A stretch of 58,179 nt of DNA, the filler included, from Sphacelaria rigidula (Eukaryota): NCBI GenBank assembly GCA_964200075.2. It is 6 parts of 6 records of this genome, joined end to end, with 100 filler letters (N's around TTAATTAATTAA, not from the genome) between each part and the next. Parts side by side here need not be neighbours in the genome. Positions count along the whole stretch, not along the records: positions 29,142 to 38,754 come from CAXNAA020008102.1; positions 38,855 to 48,467 come from CAXNAA020008103.1; positions 48,568 to 58,179 come from CAXNAA020008104.1; 3 more parts are not named here. One strand, given 5' to 3'. Position numbers and translations under genes: made by a program. Within the stretch, counting starts at the first letter, position 1, and each line of letters starts with the position of its first letter. Positions 36,635-49,316 of this stretch are shown piece by piece. The notes under the pieces are model-generated. The model did no database searches, was not told where the DNA came from, and saw nothing but the letters and a program-made list of their open reading frames with translations.

Positions 36635-38688
36635 CCCACTCCCACACCTCAAAAGAAGGGAAGCATAGACTGTTTCGAGGAGCAGAAAAAACTGCTCCGA
36701 AACGCGGAAGCACAAACTGCTTCGGCGTGCTAGCGATCAACGAAGAAGCACAACTTGCATCGGCGTCCTAGCAAAAGTTAGCAGGGGAAAACAGGGAGGT
36801 ACAACAGGGAGCAGAGCTCTGACCTGGGGGAAGCCAAAGGTACAACAGGGAGCAGAGCTTCAACCTGGGGGAGCCCAAAAGTGCTAAAAACTGCAAGATC
36901 GGAAATCTGAAAATCGGTGATCCAATGAGATTGAGCGCCAGTTGAGGGGGGTACTATAGCTCCAGTAGTCGTAGGTAGTGGTCGTCGCAGTAATTCTTGA
37001 TCGCCGTCTGATGTAGGTCGCGCTGTTATGGTGTCGTAGAAGAGGATCCTGGTGGAGAAGGGAGGGCAGACGATGCTTACGGAAAGAAATGGGGGTGGGG
37101 CAACAGTCGCGACAAAAAGCATGGTTCAAAGCGGAGCGTGGACGTCGTGGGTGTGGTCGATGTTGCGCTGGAGACCGCGGCGAAGTCCTTTGGACTTGAG
37201 GCGCTGGAGACACCAGGATCCCCGTGGTGCAGATGGGCTGGTGGTGTATAGTGCTGGCCGAAGCTTGAGCTGTATGGGTCCAGAGTCATCGCTGAAGCGC
37301 ACGATGTATGTGTCGGCCGAAACCAGGTTAGCGGAGTGGGTCTGACCCAACCACCAGAGGTTGTCGCTACCTTTGAGCCAAAGGCAGCTGCCCTTAGGCA
37401 GGTGTCGCTGGTTCGCGAAGAACTTCGCCTCACAAGTCTTGGAGGGTACAAGTTCATAACCATCGGCGACAAAGCGTAGTCCCTGGTTGCGGTGAAGTTC
37501 GCGGGCTGCTGCGCCACGGCGCATATTGCGATATTTTTTGTTGTGAGCAAGATGCTGATGTTGGGATTGCGTCCAGTGAAGGAGGATTGCACGACGGTGC
37601 AATTGCAGGTCGGATTCGCGTTCCCAAGACACTCTCCGAAGACCGTGCCAGTGTGTGTTATACATGACAGCGATCTTGCCTCCTCGACCACGGCTTATTT
37701 GGTGGCCGGAAATGGAGGACACAGCCAACCGAAGGGGCTGTTCCGTCACGTCGTCGGTTGTAACGTGGTAGGGCGGGGACTTGGTCGAGTAGCTGTTGAG
37801 AACATACTGTGTGAGTCCGGTAGGCAGATACTTGGGCATGTCACTTGTATCATGCGGGTTCGTGCAGGGTTTGCATCTGTGCACGGATACGCGGGGCTTA
37901 GTGTCTTTGCCCTGGAAGTCGCGAGGCAAGTCGAGATAGAGCAGTTTGTCACCAACGGGTTTTTCATCTGGTGATGATGACGTCAGGATCTTGAATGGTC
38001 CTGTCCAATTGAGGGACATTTTTGTATTCAAAATTGTTTTGTTGGCTGCCTTGCTAGTGCCTTGGCGGATGGTCGACAAACTGTTGTAGATCCAAACCTA
38101 ATCACCAACTTTCCAGTTAGGGCGTTTGTGCATTAGGTTGTAGAGAGCAGTGTTATATCTCTCTAGGCGCGAGGCGTTGGTAGCGTGTTGTTCGCGCACG
38201 AGGGTGAACGCTTTGCGTTGTCGTGCATGCGTTAGCTCGTTGTAGGATATCTGATCCTAATTCAATCCTTGGTGTCCGTCGAACGTGTGGCGCTCAAACA
38301 CGGTGATAGGCAGCCGAGGGTAACGTCCAAGATGGAGTTCGTTCGGAGAAAGGCCTGTGGCGGCATTAACCGAGTTGTTGCAGGACAACATGATGTGCAA
38401 GAGATGTAGGTCCCAGTCATTATGGCGGTCATTGACAACCATAGAGAGCATCTGGGCCATGGTGTGATTAACTATTTCGGTACCACCGTTACCGTTCGAG
38501 TGGTAGGCGCTCGTGGCAATTTTGCGGATGCCCAGGAGCTTGTAAAGCTTACCAGAGTGGTCTGAACGTAATTGCTGACCATTGTCTGGAAGTAGTCGCT
38601 TTGGGCAGCCGTAGTGCTTAATGTAATCATGGATCAGAAAGTCGGCCGTTCCGGCGGCAGTGAAATCTGCGGCGGTTACCGCGTACAA
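36635..38688 (-). mobile_element. Ty3/gypsy copy 2: integrase core and long C-terminal extension (chromo-like plus PWWP/Tudor-like)
   Basis: DNGQQ, TSAYHSNGNGGTE, WDLHL, NWTGPFKI. The 317-aa ORF 37126-38079 is the same family as 29970-31282. Confidence 0.93.
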
Positions 38689-39199
38689 CAGTGTTTTCGT
38701 GAGATTGAGAGTAGATGATACGATTGAGAGTGACTTTGATCATTCGCTTTAAGTNNNNNNNNNNNNNNNNNNNNNNNNNNNNNNNNNNNNNNNNNNNNTT
38801 AATTAATTAANNNNNNNNNNNNNNNNNNNNNNNNNNNNNNNNNNNNNNNNNNNNGCGTGCTCCGTCCCGGCATTGTAGGGATGCGAAGTTAATAGTCTGA
38901 TGATTATGGCATGCATGATTATGAGTACACCCCCCCCTCCCAATAATGCATGGAGAAACTGTTACGAAATGCTTTGATAACTGGTTCTGCAGTACATCGA
39001 TTAGCACGAAGAATACCTCAAAACCTGAGCGAAAATTTGTACCGAAACTGTTTTGCGCGCATCCTCTTCATTCTCATTGTTTGTCTGCTTTTATATTTTC
39101 TGCATGGACTGTAACATTGGGTAAGAAAAGTCTCCAGGGCATATATTCCTGGTACGATTCATTTTGACACATGCATCCGGCCCATTCATGCCGTGAGTG

Positions 39200-40200
39200 T
39201 GTCCTGTATTTCATCGTACGAGTCTGAACATTGGGCGAAGTGGAGACCACTCATTTTCGGTGGAATATCGGATTTTGGGCTGCAAAATTCTGGTGACAGT
39301 TGTTTTGAACCGTTTTTGCGCCATTGCTTATAGTACACTTTGTCCGGCTGAAAATCTCGCGGAACGACTTCTTGTTTGTGTGGGGTGCGGTCAGGTTGTT
39401 TGGATTATTTGCAAGCCATATCGAGTCAAGATATCCACAGATGGATCTTTGCTTTTGATAATAGCGGGAACAAATTTGACGAAGCGGCGATGAAAAAAGG
39501 AGCGCCAAGCCTATCAACATGAACAAAAGTGCGGGCCATGCTCCATGCAGCGCCTTGTGGGGCATTTGATCCCCTTGCTGACGAGGAGGCTTGTATGTGC
39601 CGAAAATGATGTGCATGTGGAGCTACTATTTCATCTCACGTACTACGTACTACAAGAGCAGACCTTTACGCACAATGAGCGCCAGCTGTTACGGTGCTTC
39701 GGAGGTGTTTCTTGGAAAACCACATGCCAGAGCATGAGAACAACTACCACCTTCGCATGTCGTTACCTCGTGAACATGGGAGATTCTTCACTGTACAATG
39801 CTGATTGCGGACCAATTTGATGCATACCTGCTGAAATGAGTACAGTTCTGTGCGCGGCACGGCTTGATTGGAAGATTCGGACGTTGATACTCCGAGCTCT
39901 GTGCAGATCAATGTGCGTTTGGAAACGAAGTGGAATGTGGCGCATGGATGATTCTGAGACCATTCCGCAGAGAAGTGTTGAGTTGAGTCTGTGCGGGTTT
40001 GATGAAAGCGGGTTGCTGGTCAGGATTGCACAGGGTCTATACGCGCATTTCACGTGTCTTCGGTTCCGTTGGCATTGGCCGACGACCATGCATTGGTATT
40101 TTGGGTTTTTGAGGCGAGAGGGAGTCACCCACCCGCCTCTCTTACTTTGTTTTGGGTCGCTATCCTCATTGATAGCTGGCGTTTTGGCCACGTAGCTAAC
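39200..40200 (+). mobile_element. Possible heavily decayed LINE ORF2 (RT and downstream region)
   Basis: Only weak motif echoes (GCKILVTVVLNRF, FACRYLV, RLDWKIRTLILRA...GMW). Many stops. Confidence 0.3.
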
Positions 40201-42404
40201 TACGACTAGTTTTGGACATCATCATCTCAGTTGCTCCTGCGGGCTAGTCGAGTCCCTGTGGATAAGCCTAGACATGGATGGAGTTTCCTCGTTTGCATTT
40301 GTGTCACAGGTTGTATCCCACTGCTTCAAGTCACCATTGCGCCTATTCGTGCACACCTATCGTACGATACTGCCATGCTCTCAGGAAGCGCAGCCCGATC
40401 AAGCCTCTGCTCCTGTGTGAACCGGGGCCATTATTCGCGAGGTACTTGTGAATCTCTGTACGAAGACCCTTTTCCATCACGTAGCCCTCACCTCGGCGAG
40501 AGAAATACTGAGTAAAAAATGACTGCGTGTTGTTGCCCCTACATTTGTGCTATCAAGCTCATGTAGAAACGCTTGATTCCCTTACAATTCCCGCTGTTTC
40601 AGCTCACCCAGCTGTTAACACGGGATTTTACAAGTTGCCGATGGATTTATTTTCGAGGATGAGCCTTGGGCAGCTTTACAAGCATCGAAATATTTTAGAA
40701 AAAAGGGAAAATAGACTCTCCGGCCGTGATATGTGAGCTCGCTTATCATAAAAAAAAAAACACTCGGATTTTGTATCATCTCGTGTTTTCATGGGATCCT
40801 GACACATGCGAACAGTTTGTTTTGTACAGAAATGAACGGAGGTCGAAATTGACCGCCATAAACACGGGAATTGCTGATGGATTCTTTGGAGGATGAGCGA
40901 GGCCACATATCACGGTCTGAGAGTGCATTTGCACTATTGTTTTGAGAATATTTCAATACTTATGAAGGTTCCCGAGATTCGTTCGTTCGAGGTACCTTAT
41001 TCTGGGTCATCGCGGTACCGGTTGGATGTAGGATTCGGGGTGGTGGGCCCACGTCTTCGCAGTTTTGCTTTTTGGTCTCCTACTTTGTTTCGTTCGTGTT
41101 TTGCTTACGAGCTGGGCCGGCCTCGATACTGCAAAACTTTCCGTAGAATATATCTAAAGAACCGCGGCGACATATCGCCAACAAGTAAACATATCCCCGT
41201 GATTGGGAGATCGCCATGCGTGTGCCCCGACAACGCTTGACCTTTTGACGGCAAGAAACAATGTTGTCGTGAGATGAAGAACCCATAACATGATTTAGAG
41301 TGGGAAGCGGTCAGTTAATGAATGACATTATAGTAGTTTCAGTTCCGAAATGCCTCTCCGGGTCTCATATAATTGCGCCTTCTGCAGTGGCTTGCCACTG
41401 AAGCATTCGATACCGCTGAGTAGGGTGCCGACGTGTACTTGTAAGCATACGAGAGTATTATCAGCAAAGAAAAGCGCATACAACATGAAAAACCGTTCAA
41501 GCTAGAGCGAATGGTGGAACTCACTCTCAATCAACGCAAGACTGTCAATCTCAAGAACACATTATTGAGAGTAGGTCATCTGTTGAATCGGCATCGATCA
41601 ATTTCACCTGGAAAAAGTGCATCATTCAGGTGGACTACCCTCGCGGCCAAAGGGTTGATGCATGTACTTAATAGTGTTCATACAAAGAGAAAGGTCATGT
41701 GCCAAGTTATCATGGCTCATCAAGAAAAGGTTACTGTATCAAGGTAGTAATGTTGAAAGGGGTCTAAATTCTCTCTCGTCCTGCTAGAATCTTGCCGTTG
41801 CGATTTTAGACCATCGCTTTTTAATCGAATTTTTGTGCATGCAGTCCGAAATCTTGACGTTGCTGTTTTGGACCATTGCTGTCGAACGATATTTTGGTGC
41901 ATGCTCTTGCCCTCTACCGACGCCAACGAAACTGTCTGCTACGCGGCGTGTGCCCATACCATGACCAAAGGTGTACTCTCTGACACATGAGCTGGCTACT
42001 GTTGCATTTGAAACAGCTAGCGAGTCTCATTAAACATTCTCCCGAAAACATCGTCTTCTTCGGGGATGTTCACGTGGGATGCGTGCGGGTGGTCGGTCGG
42101 TTTCGTGAAACGGAAGAAGACATGGCGCGAAAATAAGGCGTAACCTTTCACTTTTGACACAGAGAAGACAGCGAACGACTGCTATATTTAACGTGAAAAT
42201 TGTCGCTTGCTGCCTGCAGATTACCAGTCGTTGATATCCGACTATGTTCGAATGATTCAGATACCTAGTAAGGCTGGATCTCCGTAGAACCGGGGTCGGG
42301 GTGACGTACGAGTACCGACAGTCAAGTGTGTGCAAATGTGGTACAGTACAGTTGAGAGCAGCGGGGCTGCCCGCCCCCCTTGTTTCATTTCTCTTTTCAT
42401 CTAC

Positions 42405-43171
42405 CTCCATCACATCAGCACTCTCCCAAGTTAGAGTAGAACTTGGGTGCTCTTCAATAAAAGATTTGAAACCATTACCCTGTGCCTGAGCCAAGGAATA
42501 GACTAGACTACTGTTGGAACAGCTCGTGGCGAGAGTGAAGAGCCCCGTGCCGTAGTAAAGAATGAGCAGAGCACATGTCGATGTCTCGCTTCACGCTGAC
42601 ACCCATTCATTGGTGCGATGATGTTACTCCATTGTAGTGCGTGAGAGGATCGCGTGCTTAGAGGACCGCATCCGAATTGAAACATCCCCATGGTTAGGGT
42701 TAGGGTTAGGGTTAGTGTTGGGGTTATGGTCAGGGGCGTGGTACCTGCAGGGACTGGCCCGATTGGTTTTGAAAAACATCGATCCTGAGGTGTTTCGACT
42801 ACGCCGCGGTCCTCTAACCATGCGGTCCTCTCACGCATTACACAATGCTCGCGTATTAATAGTATTTTCTTTGAAATCGAAACACTTGTACCATAACCAG
42901 CGTCCAAAACAGCCCGACAGAAGTGGGCCTGTAGTGATTCCACCAGCTATTCCAGGTCCTTTAGCGACTGTAGAGCTGATCAGCACCGGCTAAAAGCAAG
43001 AGCTCAAGAGTACGCCATCACCATTCGTCATACCTGGCTACGAATCATCGCACGATGCACCATATCGTACGCCTCGTTATGTTTCCGCGCGGCTAGCTCC
43101 TCCTCGCTCTCTGGGGGGTCTTTGACTGCTTCTGGGACCGCCTTCGCCCTTTTACCCGACTTTTTCGACAT
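42405..43171 (-). CDS. Unknown protein, first two exons
   Basis: Exon 43171-43034 (MSKKSGKRAK...MIRSQ, CAG|GTATGA) joins in phase to exon 42485-42405 (AQGNGFKSFIEEHPSSTLTWESADVME, GAG|GTAGAT). Later exons are unresolved. Confidence 0.6.
42633..42842 (+). mobile_element. 210-bp MITE with TGT...ACA TIRs and internal (TTAGGG)n, in intron 1 of the unknown gene
   Basis: 37-bp imperfect TIR tgtagtgcgtgagaggatcgcgtgcttagaggaccgc. Flanks CCAT/CAAT (imperfect 4-bp TSD). Internal GGTTAGGGTTAGGGTTAGGGTTAG. Confidence 0.88.
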
Positions 43172-43683
43172 AGTGGCAGGTTCTTTGCGCAAATTGGCGG
43201 ACGCCTTACTTCCCGCTAATGCAATCGCTGATAATACTGGATGGCCAGCCTCACCGCAGTGAGGCGACCCGTCGTAATCGTTGAGCCTCTGGCGGTATTT
43301 TCCTGCGAGAACTTCAAGGCCAGGGGATGCCCAAAACACGCTACGTCGGTCTATTACACAACCAACGCTTCTCTCCGACTTTCACTACGGACTACGGTGT
43401 GCATGCACTGCGTGCTTTCCACTTTCGATACAGCAACGTGGTAGCAAAGTCATTGCGACAAGGCGGCCACACGGGGACACATACACTCCTATTCAAACCA
43501 TTGCGCGACAAGTTTGAATCCGTGCCCATTGGTCCGCGCACCGCGTGCTGAGCCGCAACAAGTTGCACCGCGTCTTGACCAGTAACGGTGGACTCGATGC
43601 CACAGGGCATAGCCTGCTGCGACGTGGGGCGCCGTACATGCTGGTACAGCTCCATGATTTGCATTCATCCACCATAACCGCAG

Positions 43684-46600
43684 AGAAGCAGAAAACATGT
43701 CCGTGGACGTAAGTGTACCGCTTCATGAGACCGACCGCGATGTTCGTGCGGGGCGAGCCGTATTTGATGTCGTGGGAAACGAGCATCTGCATAAAATTGC
43801 CGTGGTACATGACGTTCAGATATGGACACACTCTGACTTGGAAAGTGGTGTTCCTGCTCGAGTGGATCCTGAACTACCTCACGGGCATGAAGTCAAGGTG
43901 AGCGAGGCTTGTTGAGTGTACACTCCAGAGGATGCACACAAGGCAGCCAGACTCTTTTTACACCGTACTGCTTTTGCTTTGCTGTACGCAACGCAACAGT
44001 AGAGGGAAGGCAACATGCTCGGCCCCTGCAGACGCTGACCGTGTCTCGCATGGGCGTGAGATCTTTTCTTGTACAGATGGAGTGGGTGAATGATGGAGCC
44101 TGCTTTGAAAGTGGTGTTTCATTGTACTGCTCATCTCCTCGCAACCCCCCTCTACTGTTCTGACCACATATAGTTATATTTTAAATCCGCACACATCGCA
44201 TAGTGCCCTGCGGAGTCTTGTGGGACAGACGATTGGGCTACTTTGAGCCCTCGTCTTGACCCCTGTAGCGGCGGGCCTCGTTTCGGTACAGTATCTTCGG
44301 CTGACAGTCCCGCAGAGGAACTCCACATACATGTTGAAGTGCACATCATATCATCTTGTCGTGATCTAACCTTTGGAACACCGTGCAGCACAGTGTTGTA
44401 CTATCTGCACATCGTGTGTGGTATTATTTGCATACAGTACAGTACAGTACAGTACAGTGACCCGCCATCGCCCTTCTCCTGCCTGTACGGAAGTCCCCAG
44501 GAGTCGTGAAACCTTTGCTTGATTCGTACTCTGCCGTCGGGTTATCCATTCTCGATATGCCCGCCTCAAATTGGCGTAATTTGTCCATACGAGAGATTTT
44601 CTTGGTTTTTGTGAACTTGCACATCACCGAAGGCAGCTCAGTAAATGGCCCTAATCGCCCACCCCACCCCGCCAAATCGCGTGATATGGCGTTTTCAATG
44701 TGGACAAAGTTGCCGTTTTCAACCCTCTTTTTGGTGTCCATCTACAGTCTACTCGGGGAATCGGCGGCAAAAGGGTTAAGCTTAGCAATGAATATCATAC
44801 GGATAAGCCTCCAAATAAAGCATCGCGATTGGTCGCTGCGGCACGTTTTTCGAGAGTGGTATGAGGACTACTGATCATCATAGTAGCATTTTTCTCAGAA
44901 GTCTCTCCAATTTGTCCCGCTAACCCTCCGATCGCCCAGGGTGCCCATTTGTTGAATCGGGATCATTTCACTTGAAAAATGAATGTCGGTGCTGATCTGT
45001 GGACGCTCGAAGTACCAATACACGGACTAGCACGCAGAGCTCAGAAGTGATTTCGTTCTTCAACATCCATGCTTGATGTGGCCAAATTCGAATACAGACT
45101 GCACATTTTCGCGTCCGGTTCATGTCCAGTCATCTGTGAAACGCGCATGCATCTTTTGCGGTCGTTACCCAGAGCACATTGAACTGGGGTCGAATCTACC
45201 TCTTCAGAGTAAGTTAGTTCGACACATGTTTTGTAGGTTAAGATAAAGTCTGTAATCTCCAACATGGCAACATTCACACGAACTAGTAAAAACATGTGAC
45301 AACTACCATGAAGACAAAACATCAAGGAGGGGTAGAGTACAGTAGTGAATGGATAACGCCGCACCCGTATCTTTCAGCATACAGTACCTGGGAATCTTGC
45401 CGCTGTTCAGTCAAGCGATGACTGCTTGGTGTTGTTCACTTACCCCACATTAAATGTAATACGTGCTCGAGAACTTTCCGATTACGGCTGAAAACACGCG
45501 GGAAACCCTAGCTACATTATTTGACACCAATCTCACCAATCGCGACCGCTCGTTGGTGCCGTATGGTTAGCCTTTGGCGGGGCAAGCATACTGCGTATTC
45601 TTTGCGCGACTGGCTCTCGTGCCATTCTGCAGACTCCTCTAATACAAGTCATAAAATGGTGTAACACCTCGTCCACGCTATTTCACGATGTGAAGCCGAG
45701 GTGACGCCCATGCGCCGTTTTTCAGAGTGACGACAAACGCCTCGACATTTTTGTACGCATGGACCTTTCCTGCCACACATGATAAATATCCCCTCACCGC
45801 CTGGCCCGCCGACCCTACTACCCCCTCCGCCAACTCTCGCGTCATGCCTTACACAGCTTCAATTCAAAGCCTTTGGAGAAACGTTCGACCTTCGCCTTTC
45901 CCCAGTCAAAGGGCTTGTGACTTCCAATACACGGGTACGTGCTTTGGGCGCCGACGGTGTGGTGTTGTCCGATCGCCCGCCACGGCTCTGCGTCTACGAA
46001 GGATGGTTGCCTCACGGAGGCTGGGTGCGAGCAGTTGTCCAATCCTCGGACACCGTCATGGTCCACTTTCTGCATAAGGTGCTACCTCGTTGTCTACCCT
46101 TTATGGCTGGCGTTCAGAGAGGTTTGGGGAGCCGTTCACCGTAGCATTCGATCACAGTTGAAAATATCGTGATGCCTACATATTTTGTGTAATTTACTGT
46201 TAGGCTCGCTCACGATGACAGCTCGACAATACGCAACGGAAAATCAAAAACAACCTTCATCATGTACACTTACATAGTAAGTGCAGATCAATTGACTTCG
46301 TCCGGCTACATGAAGTGGCATATTCTTGCCATTCATGCATGTGTGTGCTTGCCTCGTGCTCACACGAGTACGGCGTGTCACGGAAGGGTTTAGGACATAT
46401 CTATCGCGGTGATTGCTTATTAAACTGGGCAATATTGTTCAGTATAGCGGTTGTAACTACTGTGCGTGATGGCTCAATTCTTGCACATTTTCTTGGAAAC
46501 AATGCAAACAAGAGCCCGCAAGAGAGGCCACGTGAGCACAGTATCGAGGTGTCCGAAGGGCACACATAGGTCGATAAAACGTGATCATTGGATGAATCTC

Positions 46601-48032
46601 ATTCTCCCCTCTTCATCATTCAACCACCTCTCCCCGTCTACTGTGGCCCTTCCAAACCTTCGGTCTCCACGCTTTCCTGGTGGCAGGGAGAGATTCATAC
46701 TCTAGAGCCCGCCGCGTTACGACGCCCCGCACATCCACCAGATGATACATCATCATCTCCAGGGCGTGGACTTCGAGAAACTGCCGTCGCTATCCCAAGC
46801 AATGGTAGTGCCAGCCGATGGGGCGACGGCGTTTCTACCGACGCCGTGGCTGACTACGATGCTGAGTTTCCGGCTGTCCATACTGACAACAACAACGACG
46901 GTAGCTGGTTTAATACTAATGGTCCTGCTTCTGACCCTGGCGCACTCGCTGAAGCAGACAAGACCAAATCGATTAAGGCGCATATCGCCTACCTACACTC
47001 CGATATTCGATCTCCCGCCCTAGCAAAAGCGTTGTCCGCAGCAGGGGCTTTCGTGCAGGTCGGTGGCAGTAGTGAAAGGGGGCGGGGAAGGGAAAGGAAT
47101 GGAAAATCGAACGAAGGGGAGTTTCGGGTTCAAGAGGAAGAACTAGAGGAGAACAAGGACTGTGGGGGTGAGACCGCGGTTCGAAGAGGTTTGATGGAGA
47201 AGAACGATGGAAAGGTGAGGTGTTGCTGAAGTTTGCAGGATCGGTGAGTTATGTTGTGATTACTAAAAGGCATCATAACATGTGAAGCGACCGTTGTTTT
47301 CATTAACTTCACGTACGACGGTTTGGCTCCGTGAAGGAATACAGCGACACACTGCAACATGTATGCAGTAGGGTTGTTAGGTGCAGAGTATACGTGGGGT
47401 AGGGCGCGGACTACTTGCATGATCCGTCCGCGCCTGGACCCCGTATCGTGGCGCTCCTGGTGCAGAGCCCGGGGGATCGCATTCCCGCCGAGAAATCGGT
47501 CAAAGATCTTGTTTTCGTCGAGTGCGGGTTATACCCATTGTTGGTTTTCCCGTCATCAGCATACAGATTGGGCTTCGGGTTTGCACCGTCTGACAGTAGT
47601 TCTAGTACTTCTTGTTTCATTCAACGACGACAAGTAACACGTAGCTACAGTCACAGCATCACCGTACAGTTCCATACCACGGAGCTGTGGCGTTTGATCA
47701 GGTTTGCAACGTGTGCGGCACATGTCGGCATGTTCTTTATACCCGATGGCCCCCACTGCAGGAGTGCGCGTCATTAAATCCGCCCCGTTGCTACGAAAAG
47801 AACACGGTGATTGCGATGAATGTCTAACGTGTCGCGCGGTGGATTCGAATCTGCTTATCCTCCATTCTACTGTTCATGTAAACGACCGGGTAAGGCGTTC
47901 GAGATGCCAAGTACGGTGGAGAACGGGATCGGCGGAACGTGGAGTGGGGGACCGTTTGGGCCTATTCCCGAGTGCCCTTCAACCCCCAAAGTTTTGCAGT
48001 ATGGAGTCGCTGTGGATGCTGGCTTTCTGAAG
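43684..48032 (+). CDS. ADAM/reprolysin (M12B)-like zinc metalloprotease, N-terminal exons
   Basis: In-phase exons ~43684/43697-43897, 45857-46078, 46687-47214 and 47895-48032. Prodomain motifs LQFKAFGETFDLRLSP, CVYEG, HTLEP. Cys-switch-like DCGG then RRGL. Catalytic-domain start LQYGVAVDAGF. The HExxH motif is not in the window and the 5' end is unresolved. Confidence 0.78.
44511..44775. mobile_element. piggyBac-like MITE (intronic); related fragments at 41570-41654 and 44924-45000
   Basis: Ends ...GAATCGGCGGCAAAAGGG-TTAA, with a degenerate left TIR acctttgcttgattc. Confidence 0.55.
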
Positions 48033-49059
48033 GTATTGTCTTGACGAACACCCGGAAACAGAAGCATTGATGTCCAGTGCCCCCCCCCCGCACCCCCGTC
48101 GTCACTCCGCCCCATGGGCTTGGCGTTGGATGGCAACGATGCTGTAAAACACGTCTCTCACTGCGTTAGCTCGATCTCCAGGTTACCGTTTGTTTTGCAA
48201 GCTTGCATTTTTATGCGGTAAACATGATGGTGGCCGAGCTAGATCATATTATGCAGGGGGGAAAACCTCAATTCCGCGCAAACGGGATTATGATACTACG
48301 TGGTGTTTTTATGGCGACACATCCACGAGGCAGTGTGTAACCCATGGGTGTCTCTGGAAGTGGCGATACTAGCACATAGAGCAACTCATCGTTGGCTGTC
48401 ATCCATATGCAAGATGATCAGTATGCTTCGGGCCGAACAGTCTTGGCCGGATGCAGCTCACCCTTCANNNNNNNNNNNNNNNNNNNNNNNNNNNNNNNNN
48501 NNNNNNNNNNNTTAATTAATTAANNNNNNNNNNNNNNNNNNNNNNNNNNNNNNNNNNNNNNNNNNNNTGTTACTCTTTCGTATCTTCCCTGCAATAGAGA
48601 AATGCGACTTCAGCCCCATTTTAGTGTTGAACCCCAAAATTTAAAATCGGCTGTTATATGTTTATCTAGGGTTTTTTTTTTTTTGCTAGCCACGGAAGGA
48701 GTCCGCATCAGCGCCCAGTACGAATGTACCGCGCAGATATCGGGACGGCTTTTAATGTGAAGACGACGACAACAACAACAACAACAACAACAGTACCCCG
48801 CCCCCCCCCGCGCCCTCCCTTCTCGAGGGCAGTTCTCTGCAGCAATCGGCATCTGAATTGATGTTTGCGATCATTGTGTATAATTGCAGAGTCCCGCGTA
48901 TCCTCTGGGTCTACTGCGTGACACCAGCTACTCTCTGGTGGTACCGTGGTATTATAGTACTGTCTATGGATTACAACACATGAAGTAAACAAGGATAACG
49001 GACAGGAGCTGCAGAAGATACTGCCCAAACTGCCGGGTGTCTCATGTCCATTATCTGTC

Positions 49060-49316
49060 AATATCCAAGTCGGCACTACATGGCACTACAAGGCAGCGCG
49101 TGAAATATCTTCTTCGTTGACCAAGGCTAGAGGAGAAAGGCCCATACCTATGGTGTCGGTTTCTACCGTGCTGCGCATGCCCACCTACCGTTGGAGCATA
49201 ACACTGATAATCAGGTGTGGCGCATAGAAGACCGCGGGTACCACCCCGTCCGAACATCCCCTCCAGAATCCGCCGAATTCCAACTTTGATTTGATGTGAT
49301 GTAATTGATTGATTGC
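49060..49316 (+). mobile_element. Probable LINE/SINE 3' end with (TTTGA/TTGA)n tail
   Basis: GC-balanced body ending in tttgatttgatgtgatgtaattgattgattg. A similar (ATTG)n-tailed fragment lies at 54257-54382. Confidence 0.45.

Noticed and set aside
41780..41905. ORF 41720-41926 as an exon of the unknown gene
   Set aside because: It consists of a ~60-bp direct repeat and has no convincing donor.
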